From positions 327,447 to 359,446 of the forward strand of contig NZ_JADQDR010000005.1 in NCBI RefSeq assembly GCF_015694705.1: DNA of 32,000 nt. Direction: 5' to 3'. The first letter of the stretch is position 1; every line of letters begins with the position of its first letter. Shown here piece after piece: positions 16,583-25,461 of this stretch. This DNA comes from Pontibacter rufus (GTDB taxonomy: Bacteria > Bacteroidota > Bacteroidia > Cytophagales > Hymenobacteraceae). Below the pieces are notes generated by a model that did no database searches, was not told the origin of the DNA, and saw nothing but the letters and a program-made list of their open reading frames with translations. Made by a program: the position numbers and the translations under genes.

Positions 16583-17524
16583 CTACTTTTTAAGTTTACT
16601 CAGAATACTTCTTAGTTTTTGCACCTTTTTAAAGCCAAGCCACTTATAGGCTGTAATATAACTGGAAGTTGTAGCCGCTGAAACTCCTGGAACAAAATTA
16701 CTAGATAGAAACGCTTCGAATAATCTTATACTTTCCGCTGAATTATACTTGTAAAGCTCCCTTATCTTATCAAAAACTATTTGTGACACATCTTCAATGA
16801 CATCTAAATCAGTACCGCTTATTTTAAGATATTTTAAAATGTTGCCTCTAATCTCGGCATAACGGATAATGTTATCGACTGGAGTATCCTGTGATATAGA
16901 ACCTGAGTCGCGGACACGAATAATAGTTAATGGCTTAGAATCAAAGTAAACGATAGCACCATGTTGCAATAACCTGAACATAAGGTCTGTCTCTTGACTA
17001 CTTAGCAGATCTTCATTCCAGCCGTTTATTTGCAGCAATGCATCTTTCCTAAAAAAATTTGCGCAAGTGTTCCCCAATCCGTTCGATGCCAAGGCTATCC
17101 ACTTGTCCTTACATTTTACAATATTTTGGGTCTGTATCCCTCTTACACTTTGCTTTATGGAGCTACCGGCGATGAATACCAAGCTTGAATCAGTCTGAAT
17201 TAAGCTTAGCTGGTGCGATATTTTATTTGGCTTTAGTAAATCGTCTGCATCCAGAAACTGTATCCACTCTCCTTTAGCTAAACTTAAACCTTTGTTCCTG
17301 GCGGCGTTCGCTCCTTTTTTACTTTCAGAAGTAACTATAAGTCGGGGATACTTCTCTTTTAATGCAAGTAAAATATCGTAGGTATTGTCAGTAGAGTTAT
17401 TATCAATGCAGATAACTTCTATACTTGCGTAAACTTGCTCATATACACTTGCCAGGCATTCTTCAATGTAAGCTTGAACATTGTAGCAGGGGATTATAAT
17501 AGAAACAAGCAAAATATCAGTCAT
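16583..17524 (-). CDS. family 2 glycosyltransferase
   Basis: 313 aa. VSIIIPCYNVQAYIEECLASVYEQVYASIEVICIDNNSTDNT...QFLDADD. Confidence 0.85.
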   Translation of the reverse strand: MTDILLVSIIIPCYNVQAYIEECLASVYEQVYASIEVICIDNNSTDNTYDILLALKEKYPRLIVTSESKKGANAARNKGLSLAKGEWIQFLDADDLLKPNKISHQLSLIQTDSSLVFIAGSSIKQSVRGIQTQNIVKCKDKWIALASNGLGNTCANFFRKDALLQINGWNEDLLSSQETDLMFRLLQHGAIVYFDSKPLTIIRVRDSGSISQDTPVDNIIRYAEIRGNILKYLKISGTDLDVIEDVSQIVFDKIRELYKYNSAESIRLFEAFLSSNFVPGVSAATTSSYITAYKWLGFKKVQKLRSILSKLKK

Positions 17525-17534
17525 TGAATAAATA

Positions 17535-18323
17535 TTACATCTTGAATAAGTTACTGATCCTTTCTTTATACTTTCTTACTCTATTGCTATAAATTTTGGG
17601 CTGATATACTGGAAAGTCTTTTAAGAATTTGGCCCTAGCTTTCCTTAACTCGATTCTATACTTCTCAAAATCCTTGATAGTATCTACATCCCAATAACCA
17701 TAGGAATCTAGATAAGTAGAATAATCATTACCTCTTGAGGTAATGCTATTAGGGGAAAGAAGCCGCACATATAATGGATTATTTGCCTCCAGGTATACAA
17801 CCTTCTTATCCTTGTAGTATAAATGGTAGGTTTGAGAATGATCCTGATTAAATAGATCTCTGCCACTTTTTCCATAGGCAGAAATAGCATGATCATACTT
17901 ATGTATAATCGTGTTGGGAAACCAGTCTCTTTGCTGTTGACTAATTAAGTCAGAGGTGATTTCATAAAATGTGTGTTTAGATTCTGTAAGCGCATCAAAT
18001 GAATATTTGGAAGCATGCTGCAGAGCATTAGGCATTATCAAATCATCATCGTCTAAGCGTATAAGATATTCCGGCTTAATGTGGCTTTCTACATATTGTA
18101 GTCCAGACTTAATCTTTTCATACTTGGTTGCAGCTGCATTATCAACAAGGTAGATAAGATTGTCATTTTCTTCTTCCTCTTCATCAGTAATAATCAGCGC
18201 TTTCCAATCAGTAAAATTCTGATTCAGCAAAGCTTTTTTACAAAGTTGCCATAATGCATCTCTAACATCGCTGCGAAATTGTTTGGGAGTTCTTGGAATT
18301 AGAAACAGATATTTTGTATTCAT
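17535..18323 (-). CDS. hypothetical protein, possibly a divergent GT-A-fold glycosyltransferase
   Basis: 262-aa ORF matching the codon and AT bias of its neighbours. The only recognisable cue is a GT-A-like arrangement, ...KSGLQYVESHIKPEYLIRLDDDDLIMPNAL. I cannot assign a family. Confidence 0.45.
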   Translation of the reverse strand: MNTKYLFLIPRTPKQFRSDVRDALWQLCKKALLNQNFTDWKALIITDEEEEENDNLIYLVDNAAATKYEKIKSGLQYVESHIKPEYLIRLDDDDLIMPNALQHASKYSFDALTESKHTFYEITSDLISQQQRDWFPNTIIHKYDHAISAYGKSGRDLFNQDHSQTYHLYYKDKKVVYLEANNPLYVRLLSPNSITSRGNDYSTYLDSYGYWDVDTIKDFEKYRIELRKARAKFLKDFPVYQPKIYSNRVRKYKERISNLFKM

Positions 18324-18337
18324 AACTTTTACATTTC

Positions 18338-18362
18338 ATTAATACATATGAGATGTATTAAT
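18338..18362. repeat. perfect 10-bp inverted repeat (ATTAATACAT-atgag-ATGTATTAAT)
   Basis: The arms at 18338-18347 and 18353-18362 are exact reverse complements. The repeat lies 15 nt upstream of the ATG (18323) of the 262-aa gene, within a 246-bp AT-rich gap. Confidence 0.5.
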
Positions 18363-18569
18363 CCAATAATAAGAAGATTGTAAAGACAATTCTACTTAAT
18401 GAGCTTTTAGAGTCAGGCAGCAAAATGTCGTTGATGAATCTAATAAGGTTAATACTTACAATAAATTCCTCTTTCAATATTTTATCAACTTTTCTAAATT
18501 CTGAAGGTAGTTATAATAAATGTTATACTAGCTTTCAACGACTTTTATCCAAGAGATGAATTCATTATT

Positions 18570-19511
18570 TCACTTCTGAAAATTATTTAAGATTCTTGCT
18601 TTAAGCTCTGAAACGGAGAATTGTTGACAATAATAGAACGGCTGTATTGCTATTCTTAGTAGTACTATATGTGTCCTTGTATTAATTGATTCATAAAAGT
18701 TAGTCTTGCTCTTAAGCTTTATCCTGTATAGGTGTAATAGGGTAAGTGAAAACCCATATCTATGCTCTTTATCAAAATGTTTAATGTATTTTCTTAATTG
18801 GTAAATTCTTTTATTTAATCTATATGAATCTAGATCGGTTCTTTGACTTACTCCTCCTTCATGCTTGAGATGCGTACACCAGATGTTGTCATGAAATTTT
18901 ATTAAGCCATGCTGTGAAATCATAAGTTGAAGAGTATAATCACCACTATAAACTTTATAAAACCAGTCAGGCCACTTATCGAAGAGATCATTTCTGTACA
19001 CCATGGAAGCTGTTGGCATAAACCATCCATTTACTACATCTTTGTGGTTAAATGTAGTCCTTTGTTGTAGCTGCTCAAACCTTTCTCTAAACGTCTCGGT
19101 TTTATCCTCCTTATTCTGGTGTATTACCAAAGCATCATGAAAACTCATTACATACTCTGGGTTAGCCTCTAAAAAATCAATCTGCTCCTGGAGTTTACGC
19201 TCGTACGTCCAGAAATCATCTCCTTCGCAAAGAGCAATATATTTACCATGTGCAGCAGCGAAAGCAGTTCTCGTTACTATACCATCCCCAATAGATTTCT
19301 GATTAACGCTCTGATATATTGGTTTAATAATGTCAGGATATTCTTTTTCATATTCCTTTATTATTTCCTGGGTTCTATCTGTGGAAGCATCATCATGAAT
19401 TACTACTTCAAAAGGAAAATCAGTTTTCTGCATAATGAAACCATCCAATGCTTTCCTGATGAAAGGTTCGTGGTTATAAGTTAAAGAAACAATGCTCACT
19501 AATGGTTCCAT
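18570..19511 (-). CDS. family 2 glycosyltransferase
   Basis: 313 aa. VSIVSLTYNHEPFIRKALDGFIMQKTDFPFEVVIHDDASTDRT...CEGDD. Confidence 0.85.
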   Translation of the reverse strand: MEPLVSIVSLTYNHEPFIRKALDGFIMQKTDFPFEVVIHDDASTDRTQEIIKEYEKEYPDIIKPIYQSVNQKSIGDGIVTRTAFAAAHGKYIALCEGDDFWTYERKLQEQIDFLEANPEYVMSFHDALVIHQNKEDKTETFRERFEQLQQRTTFNHKDVVNGWFMPTASMVYRNDLFDKWPDWFYKVYSGDYTLQLMISQHGLIKFHDNIWCTHLKHEGGVSQRTDLDSYRLNKRIYQLRKYIKHFDKEHRYGFSLTLLHLYRIKLKSKTNFYESINTRTHIVLLRIAIQPFYYCQQFSVSELKARILNNFQK

Positions 19512-19543
19512 GCTTTTAATAGACTAAACTTTGGATAAAGTAT

Positions 19544-21328
19544 TTACTTAATTAACTCCTCATAAGCCCAAACTTTCTTCACTCTACCGCTTTCCAGCTC
19601 AACTATAGCATCGCATCGGTGCAAGGTCGTGAGCCGGTGGGCGATGATGATAATGGTCATGTCGTTGTCGGCGAGACGTGCCACGGCTTCGTTAATTTCA
19701 TTTTCGGTAGCCGAGTCCAGGGCGCTGGTGGCTTCGTCCATAATCAAAATGGTCGCGCCGTGGTACAAAGCGCGGGCAATGCCTACGCGCTGCCTTTGCC
19801 CGCCCGACAGCAGAGAGCCCCTGTCTCCTATTTTTGTTTGTAAGCCATCCGGCAGTTGCGCCACCACATCCGTTAAGCTGGCCAGCAGTATGGCACGGTC
19901 CAGTTTGGCAGCATCTATGTCTTCTTTAGCTAATCCAAACGCAATGTTCTCGGCCAGCGACGCATCCAGAATGTATACTTCCTGCTGCACATAGCCAATC
20001 CTGCTGCGCCAGCTTACCACATTTGTTTCATCCAGCCGGGTGTCGTCAATCCATATTTCCCCGGCAGTTGGTTTATAAAAACCAAGCAGCAGGTTTACGA
20101 GCGTGCTTTTCCCGGAGCCGGACCGGCCAATCAGGCCGATGGTGCTGTTCTTTTTAATGGTGAGGCTCACGTTGTCCAGAACAGCCTTTTCGTCCTTATA
20201 AGAAAAGGAAATATTTGAGAACCTGATGTGCGTGGTAAAATCAATCTTGCCGGTTGTATTTACGGCGGGCGCTTTGTTATCAGCCTTTATTTCATCCAGC
20301 ACCTTAAACGTATACTGGTAGCCTTTAACGCTTATAAGCGCAATCATGGAGCGGTTAATAGACGGAAGTATGCGGTAGGCAGCCAGGGCAAAAACAGACA
20401 GCAAACCGATAATATGGCTTTTGTCCTGCACGTGAAGCACCCCGTACAGGGCCACCAGGATAATGGCGGCCATCATACCGGTTTCTATCACTTTGGTGGG
20501 TGCCTGCTGCAGCACCTTGTCTAAAATTCTTAAATGCGACGTCCGGTTCAGCAGTCTTTTATGGTTTTCCAGGAAAAAAGCCTCCGAGCTGTTCATTTTC
20601 ACATCGATGTACCCGTAAGTAGACTGGAATAAATTAATACCCTGCTTTGGGCTTATTTCGTTCAGCTCCGTCTGGATGGCAAGCGACCTGTTTTTTACCG
20701 CCTTGTAGAACAGCGAAAATACAGGTATGATAAAGATTAACAACAGGGCTACCACCAGCGGATCATAGACCAATATCGTTACCAGTATTACCAGAATAAT
20801 AACGGCCTCGTTGATAAGTGTTATGGTGTTCAGCACAATGCCGTTGGTGAATTCGAGCGGTACTGAATTAATATTACGGATGATGTAATTGGGGTTGTTG
20901 TTCTTGTAAAACAAAAGCCCTTTCTGCTGGTAAATCGAAAAAAGGCGGCCCGAAAAATACTTGTAGAGGTTATAGGAAAAAGCGGCCTGGGTTTTATAAA
21001 TCCAGAGGCTTATCATGTTTTTTACCACAATAAAGGCCAGCACGGAGAGCGCCAGCACCACCAGAAAGCTGGTTTCGGAGGTAAAACCGAGCAGGTCGTA
21101 CAGCCAGCTGAAGGCTTTGTTGTTTGCGACAACGTTGTCCTGCAGCAGGATCATGATGATGGGCAGAATGGCCGCCAGCCCCAGAATGTCCAGAAAGGAA
21201 TTGAAAAGCAGGAGCGCCATCATTCCCAGTGCTTTGGGCTTGGTCTCAGCAGGCAACAAAGCAGATACTTTCCGGAGGGTGGTAAATATTATATTATCGC
21301 CAATCATGTTTATCAGCAAATCTTTCAA
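19544..21328 (-). CDS. fused TMD-NBD ABC exporter (MsbA/PglK-like half transporter)
   Basis: An N-terminal membrane domain of about six hydrophobic spans, then Walker A GRSGSGKST, signature LSGGQRQR and Walker B ILIMDEATSALD. The track start at 21328 is a TTG immediately after an in-frame TAG. The ATG at 21307 (MIGDNIIF...) is the likelier start. Confidence 0.9.
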   Translation of the reverse strand: MKDLLINMIGDNIIFTTLRKVSALLPAETKPKALGMMALLLFNSFLDILGLAAILPIIMILLQDNVVANNKAFSWLYDLLGFTSETSFLVVLALSVLAFIVVKNMISLWIYKTQAAFSYNLYKYFSGRLFSIYQQKGLLFYKNNNPNYIIRNINSVPLEFTNGIVLNTITLINEAVIILVILVTILVYDPLVVALLLIFIIPVFSLFYKAVKNRSLAIQTELNEISPKQGINLFQSTYGYIDVKMNSSEAFFLENHKRLLNRTSHLRILDKVLQQAPTKVIETGMMAAIILVALYGVLHVQDKSHIIGLLSVFALAAYRILPSINRSMIALISVKGYQYTFKVLDEIKADNKAPAVNTTGKIDFTTHIRFSNISFSYKDEKAVLDNVSLTIKKNSTIGLIGRSGSGKSTLVNLLLGFYKPTAGEIWIDDTRLDETNVVSWRSRIGYVQQEVYILDASLAENIAFGLAKEDIDAAKLDRAILLASLTDVVAQLPDGLQTKIGDRGSLLSGGQRQRVGIARALYHGATILIMDEATSALDSATENEINEAVARLADNDMTIIIIAHRLTTLHRCDAIVELESGRVKKVWAYEELIK

Positions 21329-21831
21329 CTATACTTATACCGGGCAACAGGATACATTATCGCTGCTTTGCTGTACTTTTAATACTTAGCGTCGTTGTTG
21401 CGTGTGCTCATCAGTAACCTGGATGGCTTTTCTGGAGCATGATATAGTCCTTGTTCCTTAAGCCGCCTGCATTGGTAACATTCCAGAGCCTCAATGCAGT
21501 CTGCTATCCAATTCTGTTCTGTAGCAACATGCTGTATTCTTTAAAAAGTTAAGAAAGAGAATTGCATCATATCTGCTACAACGTTTATTAAACCATAAAG
21601 ACATGAATTTAATTTTCTTTAGAAGCCCCGAAAAGACCTTTAGTTGGCCAAAGCCATTTCTACAGCACATGCCTCCCGGAAGATGCGAACTCAGGCTACC
21701 AAAGCACTGCTGCCGGCCCAAAGCACATTTCTGATTCCCAGAAGTTAACTAACCAGCTATTTTTCCGGAAAGTTCAATTGTACTATTCTAAATAATTTCC
21801 TCTGGCAAATATAGCAATAAAAAGGACATTA

Positions 21832-22974
21832 TCACTTTCTTGTCTTCACCAGTCCGGGCAATTGTGCAATAAACTTATTTAAATGAGATTTATCAGCCAT
21901 TTTAATATACAGGGCATTATTGTATAGCATCTGCTCTTCACCAAGCTTCAAATCTCCGCTCTTCAATGCTTTTTCCAGATCTTTCTCTACAGAGTAAATA
22001 TGAAAACCCAGCTTTTTAAGCCATGGATAGGTGGGGTTATTCTCACTTAAAAAGATTTTAGCGCCATAAAACAATAACATGAATATATTACCCAAGGCCA
22101 TTTGCCTGTAAGAATTAAATACTGCTGTTGTAACAGTATTTAAAAGGTGCAGGTATTCCTGGTAAGGCATAAAATCTTCCAGTATATGGATATCAATAGA
22201 TAGCCCTTTCATGATCTGCATTATATTCTCCCGGTAAACCGAATTATAGCCATAGCCAAAAGGCACAATCACTTCGCCTTTGTATTGCAACTCCTCTAAC
22301 AGAATAAAGATATCCACATGGTTATTTCCTGGTGCAGATGAGTTTCCTACCAGGATCTTCGATTCGGCCTTGGCGGAATAATCCGGTTCGGGAAAAGTGG
22401 TAGTAACAGGAATCTGCAGAAATTCAGGAAGCGTAGTTACGTGGCTTTTTAAATAATTGTATTCGTCTTCATTATACCAGGCAAAGTAATCAACCGTAAG
22501 AATAGCTTTCTGCACCTCAGTTAAAAAGGAAAAATCTCCTTTAAAGAGCTGCTTGCCTAAATCCACCTTTTCTTTAAGCCTTTTTTTCAGAATTTCCTTA
22601 ATCTCAGGCGTACATATTTTTCTTGTTCTTTCTGTGAAATTATACTTGCTTAAGCTAGTCTGATTATAAATTTCTGTTCCGAAGAAATGCCAGATAATGA
22701 CAGGCTTTTTGGATAAGGCATTTATAAATAAAGCCTTTTCGTAAGTAAGGTTGTAAACAATTATAATATTAAGTTCTGATAAATTGCCGACTACATCTTT
22801 AAACCAATGCTTGGATTCGGGCTTTACCCATTTAGTTATGTCCGCATATTTTCCTGTATAGGTAAATTTTTTCTTTATATAGATAATCTGGTTCTCACAT
22901 CCATTGAAAAAATAGCGAGGAAGTACCAAATCAATAAATTTATCATCATCAATTACATGCAATATTTTAAACAT
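21832..22974 (-). CDS. WecF-like (GT56, 4-alpha-L-fucosyltransferase family) glycosyltransferase
   Basis: From my memory of E. coli WecF, ILVGNSSAPGNNHVDIFILLEEL...VIVPFGYGYN...YLHLLNTVTTAVFNSYRQMALGNIFMLLFYGAKIFLSENNPTYPWL parallels ILVGNSGDRSNEH...VVVPMGYP...[31 protein letters not shown]. The track start at 22995 is a TTG. I prefer the ATG at 22974 (MFKILHVIDDDKF). Confidence 0.65.
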   Translation of the reverse strand: MFKILHVIDDDKFIDLVLPRYFFNGCENQIIYIKKKFTYTGKYADITKWVKPESKHWFKDVVGNLSELNIIIVYNLTYEKALFINALSKKPVIIWHFFGTEIYNQTSLSKYNFTERTRKICTPEIKEILKKRLKEKVDLGKQLFKGDFSFLTEVQKAILTVDYFAWYNEDEYNYLKSHVTTLPEFLQIPVTTTFPEPDYSAKAESKILVGNSSAPGNNHVDIFILLEELQYKGEVIVPFGYGYNSVYRENIMQIMKGLSIDIHILEDFMPYQEYLHLLNTVTTAVFNSYRQMALGNIFMLLFYGAKIFLSENNPTYPWLKKLGFHIYSVEKDLEKALKSGDLKLGEEQMLYNNALYIKMADKSHLNKFIAQLPGLVKTRK

Positions 22975-23223
22975 GATATTAAATTTCAGAAGCAAACTGT
23001 AATTTTTACCTGTGGGCTATAGTGGGAGAGTGTTAACATCAGCAAGACCTGTATTATGCTGTTGAGCAGAATCAAAGATATGCTGATATCCTAGTTGCCA
23101 TCTGCTGATTCTTACATATTAACTGAAAGAGTACTCAACATGCTTTCCATGTAAATACTAATCAGGTCTAAGCCAGAGGCAGTACTTTGTAAACCTGCTT
23201 ACAAATTTTACCGGATATGTTCT

Positions 23224-23877
23224 TTACAGGGCTTTTCTTAAGAATTTAGCCGGATTGCCTGCCCATACTTCGAACTCACCAACATCTTTCAGCAAAACAC
23301 TCCCCATCGCCAGGGTAGAGTAATTCCCAATAGTCAGAAACTCCCTTATGGTGGCGTTTAAGCTTATGTGCACGCCCTCACCGATTTTCAAATAAGCGCC
23401 GACACATGATCCTGCGGCAATAAAAGTATGGGAGCCGATAATGTTATTATGCCCGATTGTAGCGCCCACCATCACACGGCAACATTTACCGAACTTAGTA
23501 CCAGGTGAAACAGAAACATTAGGCATGATAACGCAGCCAGGTGCCAGCTCAACATTTGGTGCCACGTATGCGGTCGGATGAACAAAGGTTGCTAACCGCT
23601 CCTCAGGAATTAACAATGAGTCAAAAAGCTCGATTCTCTCTTTTTGCCCGTCTATCTTGTAAATCGTGTTAATGAAATAATATCCTTCCTTAATAAACTT
23701 TTTGACATCCTTTAACCCGCCCCGGACTTTATAGCCTTCTATCTCGTCGCAGTCGTCGCGATCATTAATATAACCGTCGAACTCATATGCTGTGTAGCCC
23801 CGCATGTTTGCATCAATCATTGCATTCGCAATCACTGATGCATTTCCCAAGCCGCCAAATATCAATACCTTCTTCAT
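23224..23877 (-). CDS. PglD/NeuD/PerB-type nucleotide-sugar N-acyltransferase (Rossmann-like N-domain plus LbH)
   Basis: 217 aa. N-terminus MKKVLIFGGLGNASVIANAMI followed by LbH repeats (VELAPGCVIMPNVSVSPGTKFGKCCRVMVGATIGHNNIIGSHTFIAAGSCVGAYLKIGEGVHISLNATI). ATGA overlap with the upstream gene. Confidence 0.8.
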   Translation of the reverse strand: MKKVLIFGGLGNASVIANAMIDANMRGYTAYEFDGYINDRDDCDEIEGYKVRGGLKDVKKFIKEGYYFINTIYKIDGQKERIELFDSLLIPEERLATFVHPTAYVAPNVELAPGCVIMPNVSVSPGTKFGKCCRVMVGATIGHNNIIGSHTFIAAGSCVGAYLKIGEGVHISLNATIREFLTIGNYSTLAMGSVLLKDVGEFEVWAGNPAKFLRKAL

Positions 23878-24575
23878 AGTAATTCATATTGCTTTAAATA
23901 CTCCGCGATATTTTCTTTAGAGTTGAACATCAGCACATCCAGTATAGAAAGCCATGGTACAAAATCATTATTAAACTGCTGGTAAACAACCGGCAAGGAT
24001 TTAAGAAAGTTTAGGTTTATACCCTGCTGTGCAAAGTCTTCTTTGGTATACAACTCTCTTCCTCCTATGGCATTGATATAATCAGATCCGCCCGTTTTTT
24101 TTACTATGTCAATCAGCCGGTCTCCCTTTTTTAAATCCACGTTCTGAAAATCACATTGCGAGCTCCTTTTCAACTCCGTTTTTATGTTAAGATAATCACA
24201 GATGCTTGTGATACCCGCGGTAGCTAAATCGGCGATGCTTTCCGGCCTTTTGTTTAAAACAGCATGAAGCAAGGTATTAATCTCTTCAAAAAAAGGAGCT
24301 TTCCTGTAAGCGGCCTCTATTGTTTTGCAAAACCCGGAAATATCTTTGCTCGACCAGTCTACCCCTATTTCATTAATTAATTTGCTCTGGCTTGCCTTAA
24401 TGCACGGAATAGTAAACAGGTGCTCTTTACCATTCAGTAAAATTCTATTTCTGTTTATCCACCCTTTCTTTATATACTGTACATCATCATAAATCACGAA
24501 CAAATCTACGGCATCAATCAATTGAAAATAACCTATGTAAGGAAATACGTATGGCTGCATTATCGCAACTTTCAT
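23874..24575 (-). CDS. WbqC-like family protein (function unknown)
   Basis: 233 aa. The opening MKVAIMQPYVFPYIGYFQLIDAVDLFVIYDDVQYIKKGWINRNRIL is the characteristic N-terminus of WbqC-like proteins of O-antigen loci. ATGA overlaps on both sides. Confidence 0.75.
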   Translation of the reverse strand: MKVAIMQPYVFPYIGYFQLIDAVDLFVIYDDVQYIKKGWINRNRILLNGKEHLFTIPCIKASQSKLINEIGVDWSSKDISGFCKTIEAAYRKAPFFEEINTLLHAVLNKRPESIADLATAGITSICDYLNIKTELKRSSQCDFQNVDLKKGDRLIDIVKKTGGSDYINAIGGRELYTKEDFAQQGINLNFLKSLPVVYQQFNNDFVPWLSILDVLMFNSKENIAEYLKQYELL

Positions 24576-25459
24576 CTACTTCTTTTATCTAACTGTTCCT
24601 GTTTTTTTAAAACCTTCTTCGCTTTGGCAATAATTGGCGGCCCCACAAACTTACCTTTCATGATGGCCACACCTTTGCCCTCCAGGCTAGCTTCTTCAGC
24701 CAGCCTGAGCATTTCTTTAGCATCGTTCAGCTCCTGCAGAGTAGGGGAATAGTATTGATGAACCAGCGGAATTTCTGCTGGATTCAGTAAAAGCATGCCT
24801 TCAAAACCAAGCTTAAGAGATAAAATAAGGTTTTTCTCTAAATCCTCCAGATCATGCACGTTTACATGTACAGTATCTATCGGAATAATATTGTGAGCAC
24901 GTGCCGCCATGGCAATCAATGCTCTTGGCGTAAACAGGCTTATATGCTCTGCATCATGAATTCCCTGTAAATCCGTTACAAAATCTTCTGAGCCGTAAGC
25001 AATGGCTATAACCCTTTTGGAGGCGGAACAAATCTCCTGCACATTAAGTACGGCAGAAGCTGTTTCAATTAATGGTATGATCTTATAAGTTCCGACGGGG
25101 ATCTTTTTCTCATACTCTATTGTTTCTAAAAGCTTGCAAAAGAAGTAGATATCTTCGCCCCTTTTTGCTTTTGGATACACAAAGCCATTTACCCCGGGAA
25201 TAGTTAACTGGTAGACGTCCTTCAATAACTCGCCGCTCTCCCGATCGTTTACCCTTGGGAAAATCACCCGGTTTTCAAACAAGCCTTCACTAATGTACTT
25301 TTTTATTTTATCTCTTGCTACCTGCTTATTTGATAAGGGCTGAACAGAATCTTCAATATCAAAAAGTAAAATATCTGCATCGATTTTCGCAGCACTCTGT
25401 AAAAGCTTATCATTGTGACCTGGCACAAACATTAAGCTACGCATCAGATATTCGCTCAT
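24572..25459 (-). CDS. CitE/HpcH-HpaI-family protein (citryl-/malyl-/citramalyl-CoA lyase-like), paralogue 2
   Basis: 295 aa. RSLMFVPGHNDKLLQSAAKIDADILLFDIEDSV...IPLIETASAV...AYGSEDFVTDL is the classical CitE-like beta-subunit pattern, including the acidic metal-ligand positions. Confidence 0.8.
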   Translation of the reverse strand: MSEYLMRSLMFVPGHNDKLLQSAAKIDADILLFDIEDSVQPLSNKQVARDKIKKYISEGLFENRVIFPRVNDRESGELLKDVYQLTIPGVNGFVYPKAKRGEDIYFFCKLLETIEYEKKIPVGTYKIIPLIETASAVLNVQEICSASKRVIAIAYGSEDFVTDLQGIHDAEHISLFTPRALIAMAARAHNIIPIDTVHVNVHDLEDLEKNLILSLKLGFEGMLLLNPAEIPLVHQYYSPTLQELNDAKEMLRLAEEASLEGKGVAIMKGKFVGPPIIAKAKKVLKKQEQLDKRSR

Positions 25460-25461
25460 AC

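Noticed and set aside
21491-21721. 76-aa minus-strand ORF in the 503-bp gap
   Set aside because: It has no recognisable domain and a Cys/Phe/Leu-rich composition unlike its neighbours, and neighbouring frames are full of stops. I treat it as non-coding or possible gene debris, reported as a finding rather than a CDS.
23186-23205. Hairpin TTTGTAA-acctgc-TTACAAA just downstream of the N-acyltransferase stop, considered as a terminator
   Set aside because: It is only a 7-bp all-AT/GT stem and is not followed by a U-tract on the minus strand (the next bases are GTACTGCC). That is insufficient for an intrinsic terminator call.
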